32,000 bases of DNA. Origin: Pseudoalteromonas tetraodonis. GTDB taxonomy: Bacteria; Pseudomonadota; Gammaproteobacteria; Enterobacterales; Alteromonadaceae. Below the pieces are notes generated by a model that saw nothing but the letters and a program-made list of their open reading frames with translations, searched no databases and had not been told where the DNA came from. The DNA is taken from positions 1 to 32,000 of the forward strand of contig NZ_CP011042.1 of assembly GCF_002310835.1 (NCBI RefSeq), written 5' to 3'. The translations under genes and the position numbers were made by a program. This document shows, piece by piece, positions 1 through 8,128 of this stretch. The first letter of the stretch is position 1. Each line of letters begins with the position of its first letter.

Positions 1-105
1 TATTTAACCATACTTAAACTTCTTTATTTATACTAAGCAATCTTAAAGGTGTAAAAATTATTTTATATGTCATGTATTTAAAAGACATGTCGCCTTAAAT
101 AGTTG

Positions 106-134
106 TTTACAGCTAATTGAATGGACATTATACT
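106..134 (+). promoter_or_regulatory. candidate sigma70 promoter for parA-parB
   Basis: TTTACA (106-111), 17-nt spacer, TATACT (129-134). GAGGA Shine-Dalgarno at 149-153 precedes the ATG at 161. Confidence 0.4.
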
Positions 135-160
135 AAACACCTAACTTTGAGGAATAAAGT

Positions 161-1399
161 ATGTCTATCAATAAAAACGCGCTAGATACTTATCGACTTT
201 TGAAAGCAACCGCAGAAGTTGCTGAAAAATCACTAGAAGGACGTATCCAACATTATCGCGCCCATCTTAAATCTGAAGAAAAAGAATTAAGAACTTACAC
301 CCAAAAAGCAGCAGCTGATTTACTTGGCTGTAATAATCGTACCTTAAAAAGACGCCATGACAATGGTGACTTTGACGATTTAAATATAAAACGCGGTGCA
401 AACGGCCACTATGCCTACACCTTAGTTAATATTTTTGCTATGGCTGATATTATGGACATACAGCCTGATCACCGCGCATCAACAGACAAACTCCAAGTTA
501 TTGTTATTAATTCATTAAAAGGTGGTTGTGGTAAAACAACAAGCATTGTTAACATTGCTGCTGCACTCGCTACCACTAACATTAAACGTTACCGTATCGG
601 TATAATTGATTTAGATCCTCAAGGGTCATCATCAAGCTTTTTCCCATCTTCAGAGCCCGATCCAATTACCGTTGGTGATTTGATGCGTGATTGCATTGAC
701 CTTGATGAAGGTGAAACATGGCCAGAATTTGTGTCTAATTCTTTTTTACCTACTCATATTCCTAATATTCGTGTTTTACCATCAGGTATGGATGACTTTT
801 ACTTTGAACACGAAACAGCAACATTACTCAAAGACACCTCCAATTATGAGCAAACACGCCATTACCACAAACTACTAGAACGAGTAATAAATCCGGTAAA
901 AGATGAGTTTGACATTCTTTTAATTGATACAGCGCCAACGCTTAACTTTATGTTTTACAATGCATTAATGGCTTCAACGGCGATGCTAATTCCGGTTCAC
1001 CCTGAAGCGGTAGACTTTGATGCAAATAATAAATATTTAAAACGTTTAGGTGAGATTTATCATACAGTTGCCGCTCTTGGCCATGATGGTTGGGATTTCA
1101 TGCAATTTTTAGTTACTAATTATGTGAAAGGCAATCACTCACAACGCGACATAGTTAAAGATGTGCGTAGTGCTTTTGGTCGCCAAGTAATGAGCTATCC
1201 TATCAATCATAGTTCAGCAATTACCGCCAGTTCATCGTCGTTCAATACTATCTTTGACCAAAAAGCATCTGACAGCTTAGCAAGTAGAGAGTCATTAATG
1301 CGCGCACAAGAAAATATCAAAGATGTAGTTGATGAACTCGAAATGCTAATTCGTTCTAATTGGCAATCCACTCAATCTAAATTAAATACGCCTAAGTAA
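161..1399 (+). CDS. parA: ParA-family partition ATPase, type Ia (long N-terminal extension before the ATPase core)
   Basis: 412-aa ORF. Deviant Walker A SLKGGCGKTT about 120 aa from the N-terminus, IIDLDPQG and LLIDTAP motifs. Immediately followed by a parB-like ORF. The size and N-terminal extension resemble P1/F/Vibrio chrII ParA. Confidence 0.9.
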   Translation: MSINKNALDTYRLLKATAEVAEKSLEGRIQHYRAHLKSEEKELRTYTQKAAADLLGCNNRTLKRRHDNGDFDDLNIKRGANGHYAYTLVNIFAMADIMDIQPDHRASTDKLQVIVINSLKGGCGKTTSIVNIAAALATTNIKRYRIGIIDLDPQGSSSSFFPSSEPDPITVGDLMRDCIDLDEGETWPEFVSNSFLPTHIPNIRVLPSGMDDFYFEHETATLLKDTSNYEQTRHYHKLLERVINPVKDEFDILLIDTAPTLNFMFYNALMASTAMLIPVHPEAVDFDANNKYLKRLGEIYHTVAALGHDGWDFMQFLVTNYVKGNHSQRDIVKDVRSAFGRQVMSYPINHSSAITASSSSFNTIFDQKASDSLASRESLMRAQENIKDVVDELEMLIRSNWQSTQSKLNTPK

Positions 1400-1414
1400 G
1401 GATGTTGACTAAAA

Positions 1415-2377
1415 ATGGCTAAAAAACGTAAAAATGACACCCGCTTAGATCCCTTTGCAACCGCTGTTGGCAGTAGCAGCTTAGATGCCCTTTTAGAGCA
1501 AGCCAATGCAGGCGATGTTATTCGTATGCCTGCTCCTAGTGATCCTAATCGGGAAATTACGCTTGTTTGTAAAGTGATAGCACATAACGAGATTGAAAAC
1601 TCAACTCAGGTTTATGGTAAAAATCGTCGCGTACAAGCGCTTTTAAACGAAAAGTCAGTCGCAGATATTCTTCCTGCTATTAAAGAAGATGGCCGTAATC
1701 AGCACCCTGCTCTATTGTGGGAGCAAGGTGATATGAGCCTTGTATTAGCTGGCTCTAGACGTCGTAAAGCCTGTATTTTAGGTGGCGCAGACTACCTCGT
1801 ATTGAGTTCTAGTGACTTTAGCGAGCAAGATGCCAAAGTACTTGCGGTTTCATCAGATCAATACATTGCCCCAAGTCTTTGGGAGTTGGGTCAAGCGTAT
1901 CAGCAAACTAGAAACGATCTTATTCAACAAGGCAAAAAAGGCTCGTACCGTGAAATTGCTGTTATTGAAGGGGTATCGCATACAGCGATTGCTGATGCGA
2001 TAAAAGCGTATGAGCAAATATCTGCAGATGTTATAGCCCTTTACCCAACAGCTAATCATGTTGGTAGAGAAGTTGCTAAAAAGCTGATTAACGCAAAGGA
2101 GCGCGATGAGGAAGCATTTAACGAGTTAGTTGTTGCACTTGCCAGCAATGATGAAATTAACGCCTTAGAAGCCGACGACAAGCGCGCTATGCTAATTACT
2201 AAATACCTAACTGCAGAGCCTAAAACAGCATCAAAACGTGAAGCGGTTTTAGAAAATGACTTTATTAGTGTGCAACGCAACCTTAAAAGTGGTGACGTTT
2301 CAATTAAAATAAATAATAAAGTGATGACAGACAAGCGCTTAGAGCAACTTACTAAGTTATTAAGTGCCTTTAATTAG
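1415..2377 (+). CDS. parB: ParB-family partition (centromere-binding) protein
   Basis: 320-aa ORF 15 nt downstream of parA. It has an arginine-rich LAGSRRRKA ParB-box-like motif and an HTH-like segment SYREIAVIEGVSHTAIADAIKA. Gene order is parA-parB. Confidence 0.8.
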   Translation: MAKKRKNDTRLDPFATAVGSSSLDALLEQANAGDVIRMPAPSDPNREITLVCKVIAHNEIENSTQVYGKNRRVQALLNEKSVADILPAIKEDGRNQHPALLWEQGDMSLVLAGSRRRKACILGGADYLVLSSSDFSEQDAKVLAVSSDQYIAPSLWELGQAYQQTRNDLIQQGKKGSYREIAVIEGVSHTAIADAIKAYEQISADVIALYPTANHVGREVAKKLINAKERDEEAFNELVVALASNDEINALEADDKRAMLITKYLTAEPKTASKREAVLENDFISVQRNLKSGDVSIKINNKVMTDKRLEQLTKLLSAFN

Positions 2378-2712
2378 TTAGTAATATCGTGATCTGTAAA
2401 AGGGGTTGGGTTAGTTAAAACATGATCTAAACCTCTTTTTTAGTTGGTAAAAATCTGATCTTTAGTGGCATAAAAAGGCTAAAAACATGGCTTAAACCAT
2501 CAAGGATCATATTTTTACTAACTAAACACCTCCTTTTAATGCCATTTTTCACCTTGTTAGTAAAAACCTGATCTAAGCCTAACTAAATCTCCTTTTAAAG
2601 TTAATTAATTGTTTTTATTTTGTAATTTAAACGTACTTTTTTAGTGAGCAAAATTAAACAATGATCGCCAATTCGCTATAAACCAATTTTTTACTAACCA
2701 ATCAGATCCAAC
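2377..2712. repeat. GATC-dense iteron-like repeat array (candidate centromere or replication-control region)
   Basis: AT-rich non-coding stretch with 7 GATC sites (2391, 2424, 2457, 2505, 2570, 2663, 2705), mostly as TGATCT. Each is preceded by TTAGT(N)AAAA-type words (2377, 2411, 2441, 2557, 2641, 2691). CTCCTTTTAA-like words also recur (2433, 2529, 2589). Confidence 0.55.
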
Positions 2713-2773
2713 CAGTTTATTTTAAAAATAATATTGCTTTAGCTCAGCGCTGATAAGGCATATACTGGAAAAA

Positions 2774-5700
2774 TTGTTTTTAAATTTTAATACTTTGAGT
2801 GACATGTCTGCTAACTTATCAAAAAATGATTTAATGGCTATTTTTGAAGAAATTAAAAATGAGCAGGCTACCCAGTTTCCTCTTTCTGAGCGATTCATAA
2901 AAAAATTATTTAAACCCGCGGTGTTGGCCAAAGGAAAATCGTACTATAAAAACGGCCAAATCAGTTGGTTAGAACATAATGCAGATTTTTCTGTGGTTGA
3001 CTCTACGGTGCAAGGTGATAAAGGAATCGCGTTCAACCAACGTATTGAGATCAGTAAATTACCAACTGGTTATTCGGTCGATACCCACTGTACCTGTAAT
3101 GTTAAAACAAAATGCCGCCATTTGGCCGCTATTTTGTTAAAGCTTAAAATTGAGCATTCTGGTGAGTACGGTGAAGATTATTTTATTAATGATTGGTTTA
3201 GTGAACTAAGCGCACTTAAAAACACCGACCAAGCTCAACCCTCGCAAGTATTACTGTTTGTATTAGACATAGAAAACAACAAAGTATTTTTAACCCCTAA
3301 AATTGCCAACTACGATAAAAATAATAATTATGCACTTGGGCGAAATTTAACTGAGCAACAGCTTAATAGTTTTGTAACCCCTAGCGATTTGCTCGAAAGT
3401 GATTTTAGATTATATAGCTGGATCCGATCGCAAAATGCGGTCGGTAATATTGAGCTTAAAGGTCAATGGGGTTTTAATGCGCTGCAGCAATTACTAGCCA
3501 CAGACAGATTATTTTTACAACGCTCTCGAGTACCTATTAAAGCGCAACCTGGTTTACCTCTTAACTTTGTTTGGGAAAAACAAAAAGAGGTAACCCAGTT
3601 AAAAATTCACTTGGATCAAATTCCTAATTGGGCGTTAATTAAAACAACGCCGCCTATCTACTTAGATTTAGATAAATATAAATTAGGCCGTATTCGTACG
3701 CCCCTCAGTGCTGATGAAATTGCGCACTTACAAACTATACCGGCGCTGCACGATACAAACTTTGACCGAATTTATAAGCAGCTTGCTGATAACTTTGGAG
3801 TAGGTGTTATTCCCCACCCTACTAATACACCAAGCACGCCTGTTAAGTCGTTGAGTAATGCCATACTTAAAGTTAGCATGTCGGGCTCAGTAATGGCTAT
3901 TTCGTTATCGTTTAAGTATAAAAATAAAAACTATTTAGCGGGCACCGCGCCTGCAAAGTTAATTAATAGCGCCTTTGAAAACACCGTTACCAATGAGTTA
4001 GTCAACTTAGGCTTCGATTTTTGTAAAGGGGGTTTACACAGCGAGTTTATTTTTAGTCAGGAATCGGCTATTCACTTACATTGGCTAGTTCACGAGGTAC
4101 TGCCCAGCTTTAAACAACGCGGTTGGCAAGTATCAATGAGCAAAGTTAATGTTGCTGATACTAAAAGCCAAATCTCATTGCATGTAAACAGAGCTGCAAA
4201 TCATCAAATGCATAGTAAAGTAATGCTAAACGATACCAAAGTAGCCACCCTATTAAATGTAAATAATAAACTGTATGAATCGTTAAACCGTCAAAGTGAA
4301 TTATTTTATTACTACCCTGTTGGCCGTCAATTTGGGGTTATTGATAAAGCAGCGTTTAATTTATTAATTGAGTTTAAACTGCGGTTTGAATTTATTAAAA
4401 CCCGTGACGAATTTAACATTCCGCTTTCATACTTACCTGAATTAGTTCAGCACACAGCTATTAATGTAGAGCTACATGACCCGTCATTAGAGCGTTACCT
4501 TGATGAACTAAATAACGATGCACTGCTATCACCTAACACTGCCATTCATGGCTTACACGATTCTGTAGTATTAAGAGAGTATCAGCAAGAAGGCGTGGCT
4601 TGGCTTAACTTTTTAAAGCGTAATCAGTTAGGTGGGATTTTAGCGGATGATATGGGCTTGGGTAAAACGTTACAAGTGATTGCCTACTTAGCAAGCTCAT
4701 ACAATACACCGCAAGCAGGGCCTACGCTTATTGTGTGCCCTACAAGTTTAGTGAGTAATTGGCAAAACGAAATTACCAAGTTCGCAAAAAGCTTAAAAGT
4801 GACCACTATTTTTGGTGCACACCGAAATGATTCGTTGCAGCATTTGGCACAAGCGCAGTGTATTTTAACCACGTATCCGCTATTAAAACGTGACATTGCT
4901 TATTACTCACCGCTGTATTTTGAAAACATTATTCTTGATGAAGCCCAGTATATTAAAAACGATACCGCACAAGTTTCGCGGTTGGTAAAACGTTTAAATG
5001 CCGACTTTAAGCTTTGTTTAAGTGGCACACCAATTGAAAACAATTTATTTGAATTAAAGTCATTGCTCGACTTTGCAATGCCCTCGCTTTTAGGTTCACA
5101 GGCGCACTTTAAGCAGCATTTTCAAGGCCCTATTGAACGCGAAAGCAACATTGAACGTGCAGAGCAACTAAAAGCGTTAATTATGCCGTTTATTTTGCGC
5201 CGTACTAAAGCCCAAGTGGCTCAAGAGCTGCCGCAAAAAACCGAACTTATAAAAGAGTTTGAGTTTGAACCTAAACAAAAAGATATGTATCACGGCATTA
5301 CGCGTGCGCTTGAAGAAAAGCTCATCGATTTATTTGCTGAGCAAGGTGTGCAAAAAAGTAAACTCGCCTTTTTAGAAGCCTTGTTAAAGTTACGCCAAAT
5401 TTGTTGTCATCCTAAACTCATTGAACCTGAAACTGAGGCAGCCAGTGCTAAATTAGAATGGTTATCGAGCCACTTACCTTTAATGCTAAGCCTTGGCCGT
5501 AAGGTCATTATATTCAGTCAGTTTACCTCTGCCCTTGATTTAATTGCCGAGCGTTTAAATGAGCTAAATATTAATTTTAGTATGCTAACGGGGCAAACGC
5601 GTCATCGGGATAAAGTAATAGACGAATTTACCAGTGGTAACACTTCTGTGTTTTTAATTAGCTTAAAAGCCGGTGGCACAGGGCTTAATTTAACCCAAGC

Positions 5701-5950
5701 CGACACGGTTATTCATTTTGATCCATGGTGGAACCCTGCCGTTGAAAAACAAGCCACCGATCGTGCTTATCGAATTGGGCAAACAAACCCAGTGTTTGTT
5801 TATAAACTAATTATGGCTAACTCTATTGAACAAAAAGTATTTCAAATGCAGCAAGATAAGCAAGCGCTTGTAGATGCATTATTTACCGAAAAATCAATGA
5901 GTTTTACCCAGTTTGACGAACAACAAATGCTGTCTTTAATTAAAAGCTAA
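2774..5950 (+). CDS. SNF2-family DNA/RNA helicase with N-terminal SWIM zinc finger
   Basis: 1058-aa ORF. SWIM CxC...CxH signature CTCNVKTKCRHLAAIL. Helicase motif I LADDMGLGKT, motif II DEAQYIKN, motif VI QATDRAYRIGQ. The true start may be the MSANL Met a few codons downstream. Confidence 0.9.
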   Translation: MFLNFNTLSDMSANLSKNDLMAIFEEIKNEQATQFPLSERFIKKLFKPAVLAKGKSYYKNGQISWLEHNADFSVVDSTVQGDKGIAFNQRIEISKLPTGYSVDTHCTCNVKTKCRHLAAILLKLKIEHSGEYGEDYFINDWFSELSALKNTDQAQPSQVLLFVLDIENNKVFLTPKIANYDKNNNYALGRNLTEQQLNSFVTPSDLLESDFRLYSWIRSQNAVGNIELKGQWGFNALQQLLATDRLFLQRSRVPIKAQPGLPLNFVWEKQKEVTQLKIHLDQIPNWALIKTTPPIYLDLDKYKLGRIRTPLSADEIAHLQTIPALHDTNFDRIYKQLADNFGVGVIPHPTNTPSTPVKSLSNAILKVSMSGSVMAISLSFKYKNKNYLAGTAPAKLINSAFENTVTNELVNLGFDFCKGGLHSEFIFSQESAIHLHWLVHEVLPSFKQRGWQVSMSKVNVADTKSQISLHVNRAANHQMHSKVMLNDTKVATLLNVNNKLYESLNRQSELFYYYPVGRQFGVIDKAAFNLLIEFKLRFEFIKTRDEFNIPLSYLPELVQHTAINVELHDPSLERYLDELNNDALLSPNTAIHGLHDSVVLREYQQEGVAWLNFLKRNQLGGILADDMGLGKTLQVIAYLASSYNTPQAGPTLIVCPTSLVSNWQNEITKFAKSLKVTTIFGAHRNDSLQHLAQAQCILTTYPLLKRDIAYYSPLYFENIILDEAQYIKNDTAQVSRLVKRLNADFKLCLSGTPIENNLFELKSLLDFAMPSLLGSQAHFKQHFQGPIERESNIERAEQLKALIMPFILRRTKAQVAQELPQKTELIKEFEFEPKQKDMYHGITRALEEKLIDLFAEQGVQKSKLAFLEALLKLRQICCHPKLIEPETEAASAKLEWLSSHLPLMLSLGRKVIIFSQFTSALDLIAERLNELNINFSMLTGQTRHRDKVIDEFTSGNTSVFLISLKAGGTGLNLTQADTVIHFDPWWNPAVEKQATDRAYRIGQTNPVFVYKLIMANSIEQKVFQMQQDKQALVDALFTEKSMSFTQFDEQQMLSLIKS

Positions 5951-5979
5951 AATAATTTTAAAAAATCATGACGAGTTTT

Positions 5980-6007
5980 TGAACTTATTTAAATTGTAGG
6001 CGTCTAT
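5980..6007 (+). promoter_or_regulatory. sigmaE(ECF)-like promoter of sRNA unit 1
   Basis: TGAACTT (5980-5986), exactly 16 nt, then TCTAT (6003-6007). The same geometry is conserved in all three units although the spacers differ. Confidence 0.45.
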
Positions 6008-6012
6008 TAATA

Positions 6013-6119
6013 TGCTTGGTTAAATTGCAGTTTCTCCAAGCTTTCATGTTGATATCCCATATAGTAGTTACTAGACATAGTAATGATTAAGCCAGCCAGT
6101 AATGCGCTGGCTTTTTTTT
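6013..6119 (+). ncRNA. candidate small RNA, unit 1 of 3 tandem paralogs
   Basis: 5' hairpin GCTTGG...CCAAGC (6014-6041). Conserved single-stranded TTTCATGTTGATATCCC (6042-6058). Terminator hairpin at 6090-6111 plus T8. The 5' end is only inferred from promoter geometry. Confidence 0.55.
6090..6119 (+). terminator. Rho-independent terminator (sRNA unit 1)
   Basis: AGCCAGC ... GCTGGCT stem followed by 8 T. The T-tract is present only on the + strand. Confidence 0.85.
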
Positions 6120-6155
6120 GCTTTTAAAAATATTTATTTTTTATTTAATTTATTT

Positions 6156-6183
6156 TGAACTAATCACAAATGGCTGGGTCTAT
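6156..6183 (+). promoter_or_regulatory. sigmaE(ECF)-like promoter of sRNA unit 2
   Basis: TGAACTA (6156-6162), 16 nt, TCTAT (6179-6183). Confidence 0.45.
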
Positions 6184-6189
6184 TATTAT

Positions 6190-6288
6190 GCTTGTAGTTG
6201 ATGTGTTGTTATACAAGTTTCATGTTGATTTCCCTGTTTGATTACTAATTTAGTAATATTGAGCCAGCTTTATTAGCTGGCTTTTTTT
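6190..6288 (+). ncRNA. candidate small RNA, unit 2 of 3 tandem paralogs
   Basis: 5' hairpin CTTGTA...TACAAG. Conserved TTTCATGTTGATTTCCC (6218-6234). Small hairpin TTACTAatttTAGTAA. Terminator 6263-6288. Confidence 0.55.
6263..6288 (+). terminator. Rho-independent terminator (sRNA unit 2)
   Basis: GCCAGC tttatta GCTGGC followed by T7. Confidence 0.85.
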
Positions 6289-6320
6289 ATGCCTCAAATT
6301 CAACTTTTTTAAAATTATTT

Positions 6321-6348
6321 TGAACTAATTTAATCAGAGCGCGTCTAC
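6321..6348 (+). promoter_or_regulatory. sigmaE(ECF)-like promoter of sRNA unit 3
   Basis: TGAACTA (6321-6327), 16 nt, TCTAC (6344-6348). Confidence 0.45.
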
Positions 6349-6354
6349 AATTAT

Positions 6355-6469
6355 GCTTGTAGTTGATATGTTGTTTTACAAGTTTCATGTTGATTTCCCT
6401 GTTTGATTACTAATTTACTAATTTACTAATTTAGTAATATTGAGCCAGCTTTACTAGCTGGCTTTTTTT
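6355..6469 (+). ncRNA. candidate small RNA, unit 3 of 3 tandem paralogs
   Basis: Near-identical to unit 2: hairpin CTTGTA...TACAAG, seed TTTCATGTTGATTTCCC at 6383-6399. It also carries a TACTAATT x3 expansion (6408-6431). Terminator 6444-6469. Confidence 0.55.
6444..6469 (+). terminator. Rho-independent terminator (sRNA unit 3)
   Basis: GCCAGC tttacta GCTGGC followed by T7. Confidence 0.85.
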
Positions 6470-6554
6470 ATGCGCTTAATTTAGTGTTTTACCCTACTGC
6501 TAAAGAGCGTAATTCGTTATGATGGCATGTCACTAAATTTTAAAAGTTTATTCT

Positions 6555-8024
6555 ATGTTTACTTCGTTTTTATCCCATTTAGATTGGTTAAGTGTTGGTA
6601 CTGGCGCTATAGCCGGTATGGCTATTTTCAGCGTTGTATCAGTCCAGTTAAGTAAAAAAATAAAGCGCCAAGTGAGTGAGCAGCAACAAGAGTTATTGTT
6701 ATTACAAAGCCAGTATGAGCATACGCAAAATCAATATGCCTCTTTAGTGGAAGAGCACGACTTGTTAGGGCTTACTCATCAAGAGCAACGTGATCAGGCG
6801 CAACATTTTAAAACGCGATTAACTGAGCAAGAAAAACAAAGTCAACTTTATAATCAATATTGGCGTAAAACCGAAGCCGAGCTAACCGCCCTGCGCGAGC
6901 AATACAATCTGCGCGATGTCGAGCTTAATAATATACGCACCACCCTTGAGCAAAAGCAGCAACATTTCAGCGAGCAACTCGCCCATATAGAGCAAAGTAA
7001 AGAAACGCTTAAAAAAGAATTCGAAAATTTAGCCAATCAAATCTTAGAAGAAAAATCGCAAAAATTTAAAACCCTCAATCAAGAAAGCATAGAGCAGTTA
7101 CTCAAGCCGGTTCAAGGTGAGCTAAAAGGCTTTAGAGATAAAATGGAATCTATTCACGTTGAAGACTTAAAACAACGTGCTGCGCTTAAAACCGAACTAT
7201 TGCATTTACAAGCCAAAAGCCAAGCCATTACCGAGCAGGCTGACAAGCTCAGTAATGCGCTGCAAGGACAAAAGAAAACCCAAGGTAATTGGGGCGAGTT
7301 AATGCTTGAAAACGTGCTTGATAGCGCAGGACTTCGAGCTGGCACAGACTATAAACGCGAAGTGTCGTTTAATACCGAAGACGGCCGTCTTCGTCCTGAT
7401 GTGGTGGTGTATTTACCTCAAGGTCGCCACTTAGTGATTGATGCAAAAACATCGTTAAATGCCTATACCCGTTATGTAAATGCCGAAACAGAGCTGGAAT
7501 CTCAACAAGCGATTAAAGAGCATGTAAATGCCGTAACTTCCCGTATAAATGAGCTGGCCAGTAAATCGTATGACCGTTTACCAGGGATAAACTCGCCTGA
7601 GGTTGTTATTATGTTTGTACCGATTGAATCTGCGTTTGTAGAAGCACTTAAATACCAAAGCGACATTTACCAGCAAGCAATCGAAAAAAACATTTTGGTT
7701 GCTACTCCTACTACCCTGCTAACCAGTTTAAATATTGTTAAGCAGTTATGGCGCTTTGAAGAGCAAACTAAATATTCAAAAGAGCTGGCTAATCGTGCTG
7801 AGCGTTTTTACAGTAAGCTCAACGGCTTTTTAACCAGTATGGAAGGGGTGGGTAAACAGCTCGATAAAGCCAAAGAAACCTACGATAAAGCATTCTCTCA
7901 GTTATACCGTGGTAAAGGTAACTTAATTAAACAAGCCTCAGAATTTAAAGAGTTGGGTGTATCGGTGCAAAAAGAGTTACCTCAAGAAAGCGTTGAACGC
8001 GCTCACTTAGAGCTTGATGAATAA
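6555..8024 (+). CDS. rmuC: DNA recombination protein RmuC
   Basis: 489 aa. N-terminal TM segment, a long Q/E-rich coiled coil, then the RmuC-type core (GNWGELMLENVLDSAGL, RPDVVVYLPQGRHLVIDAKTSL, MFVPIESAF). Confidence 0.9.
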   Translation: MFTSFLSHLDWLSVGTGAIAGMAIFSVVSVQLSKKIKRQVSEQQQELLLLQSQYEHTQNQYASLVEEHDLLGLTHQEQRDQAQHFKTRLTEQEKQSQLYNQYWRKTEAELTALREQYNLRDVELNNIRTTLEQKQQHFSEQLAHIEQSKETLKKEFENLANQILEEKSQKFKTLNQESIEQLLKPVQGELKGFRDKMESIHVEDLKQRAALKTELLHLQAKSQAITEQADKLSNALQGQKKTQGNWGELMLENVLDSAGLRAGTDYKREVSFNTEDGRLRPDVVVYLPQGRHLVIDAKTSLNAYTRYVNAETELESQQAIKEHVNAVTSRINELASKSYDRLPGINSPEVVIMFVPIESAFVEALKYQSDIYQQAIEKNILVATPTTLLTSLNIVKQLWRFEEQTKYSKELANRAERFYSKLNGFLTSMEGVGKQLDKAKETYDKAFSQLYRGKGNLIKQASEFKELGVSVQKELPQESVERAHLELDE

Positions 8025-8128
8025 ACACCACATATAATATTTGCGCACTGAGGTTGTGCGTTTATGTGGCTAGTTATTTACTAACTGCGCAGGCACTATA
8101 ATAATATCTGTCCTTTAGGATTAACCAC

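Noticed and set aside
1-160. A Vibrio-type parS2 palindrome (TTTACA-N-TGTAAA), or a ParA operator, upstream of parA. This includes the CATGT...ACATG inverted repeat at 71-89.
   Set aside because: Only a 5-bp inverted repeat and a lone TTTACA (used above as the -35 element) are present. That is too weak to call.
5979-6189. A sigma70 reading of the unit promoters, with TTGAAC as -35 and TATTAT/TAATAT as -10.
   Set aside because: The spacing would be 20 nt or more in each unit. The TGAACT-N16-TCTA geometry fits an ECF/sigmaE-type promoter better. A sigma54 reading (TGGC...) was also rejected because it is present in unit 2 only and has the wrong spacing.
5990-6400. Mini-ORFs on the minus strand of the tandem units (for example, SD-like AGGGA then ATGAAACTTGTAAAA..., 33 codons in unit 3 and 20 codons in unit 1).
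   Set aside because: The frame is broken after 4 codons in unit 2 (GTA TAA). The hairpin shows compensatory, RNA-like changes. The T-tracts of all three terminators are on the + strand only. A + strand sRNA is the better explanation.
5975-6470. Possible CRISPR array, because of regularly spaced repeats.
   Set aside because: The units are about 170 bp. They include their own promoters and terminators, and there is no short repeat/spacer alternation. No CRISPR-like array exists elsewhere in the window.
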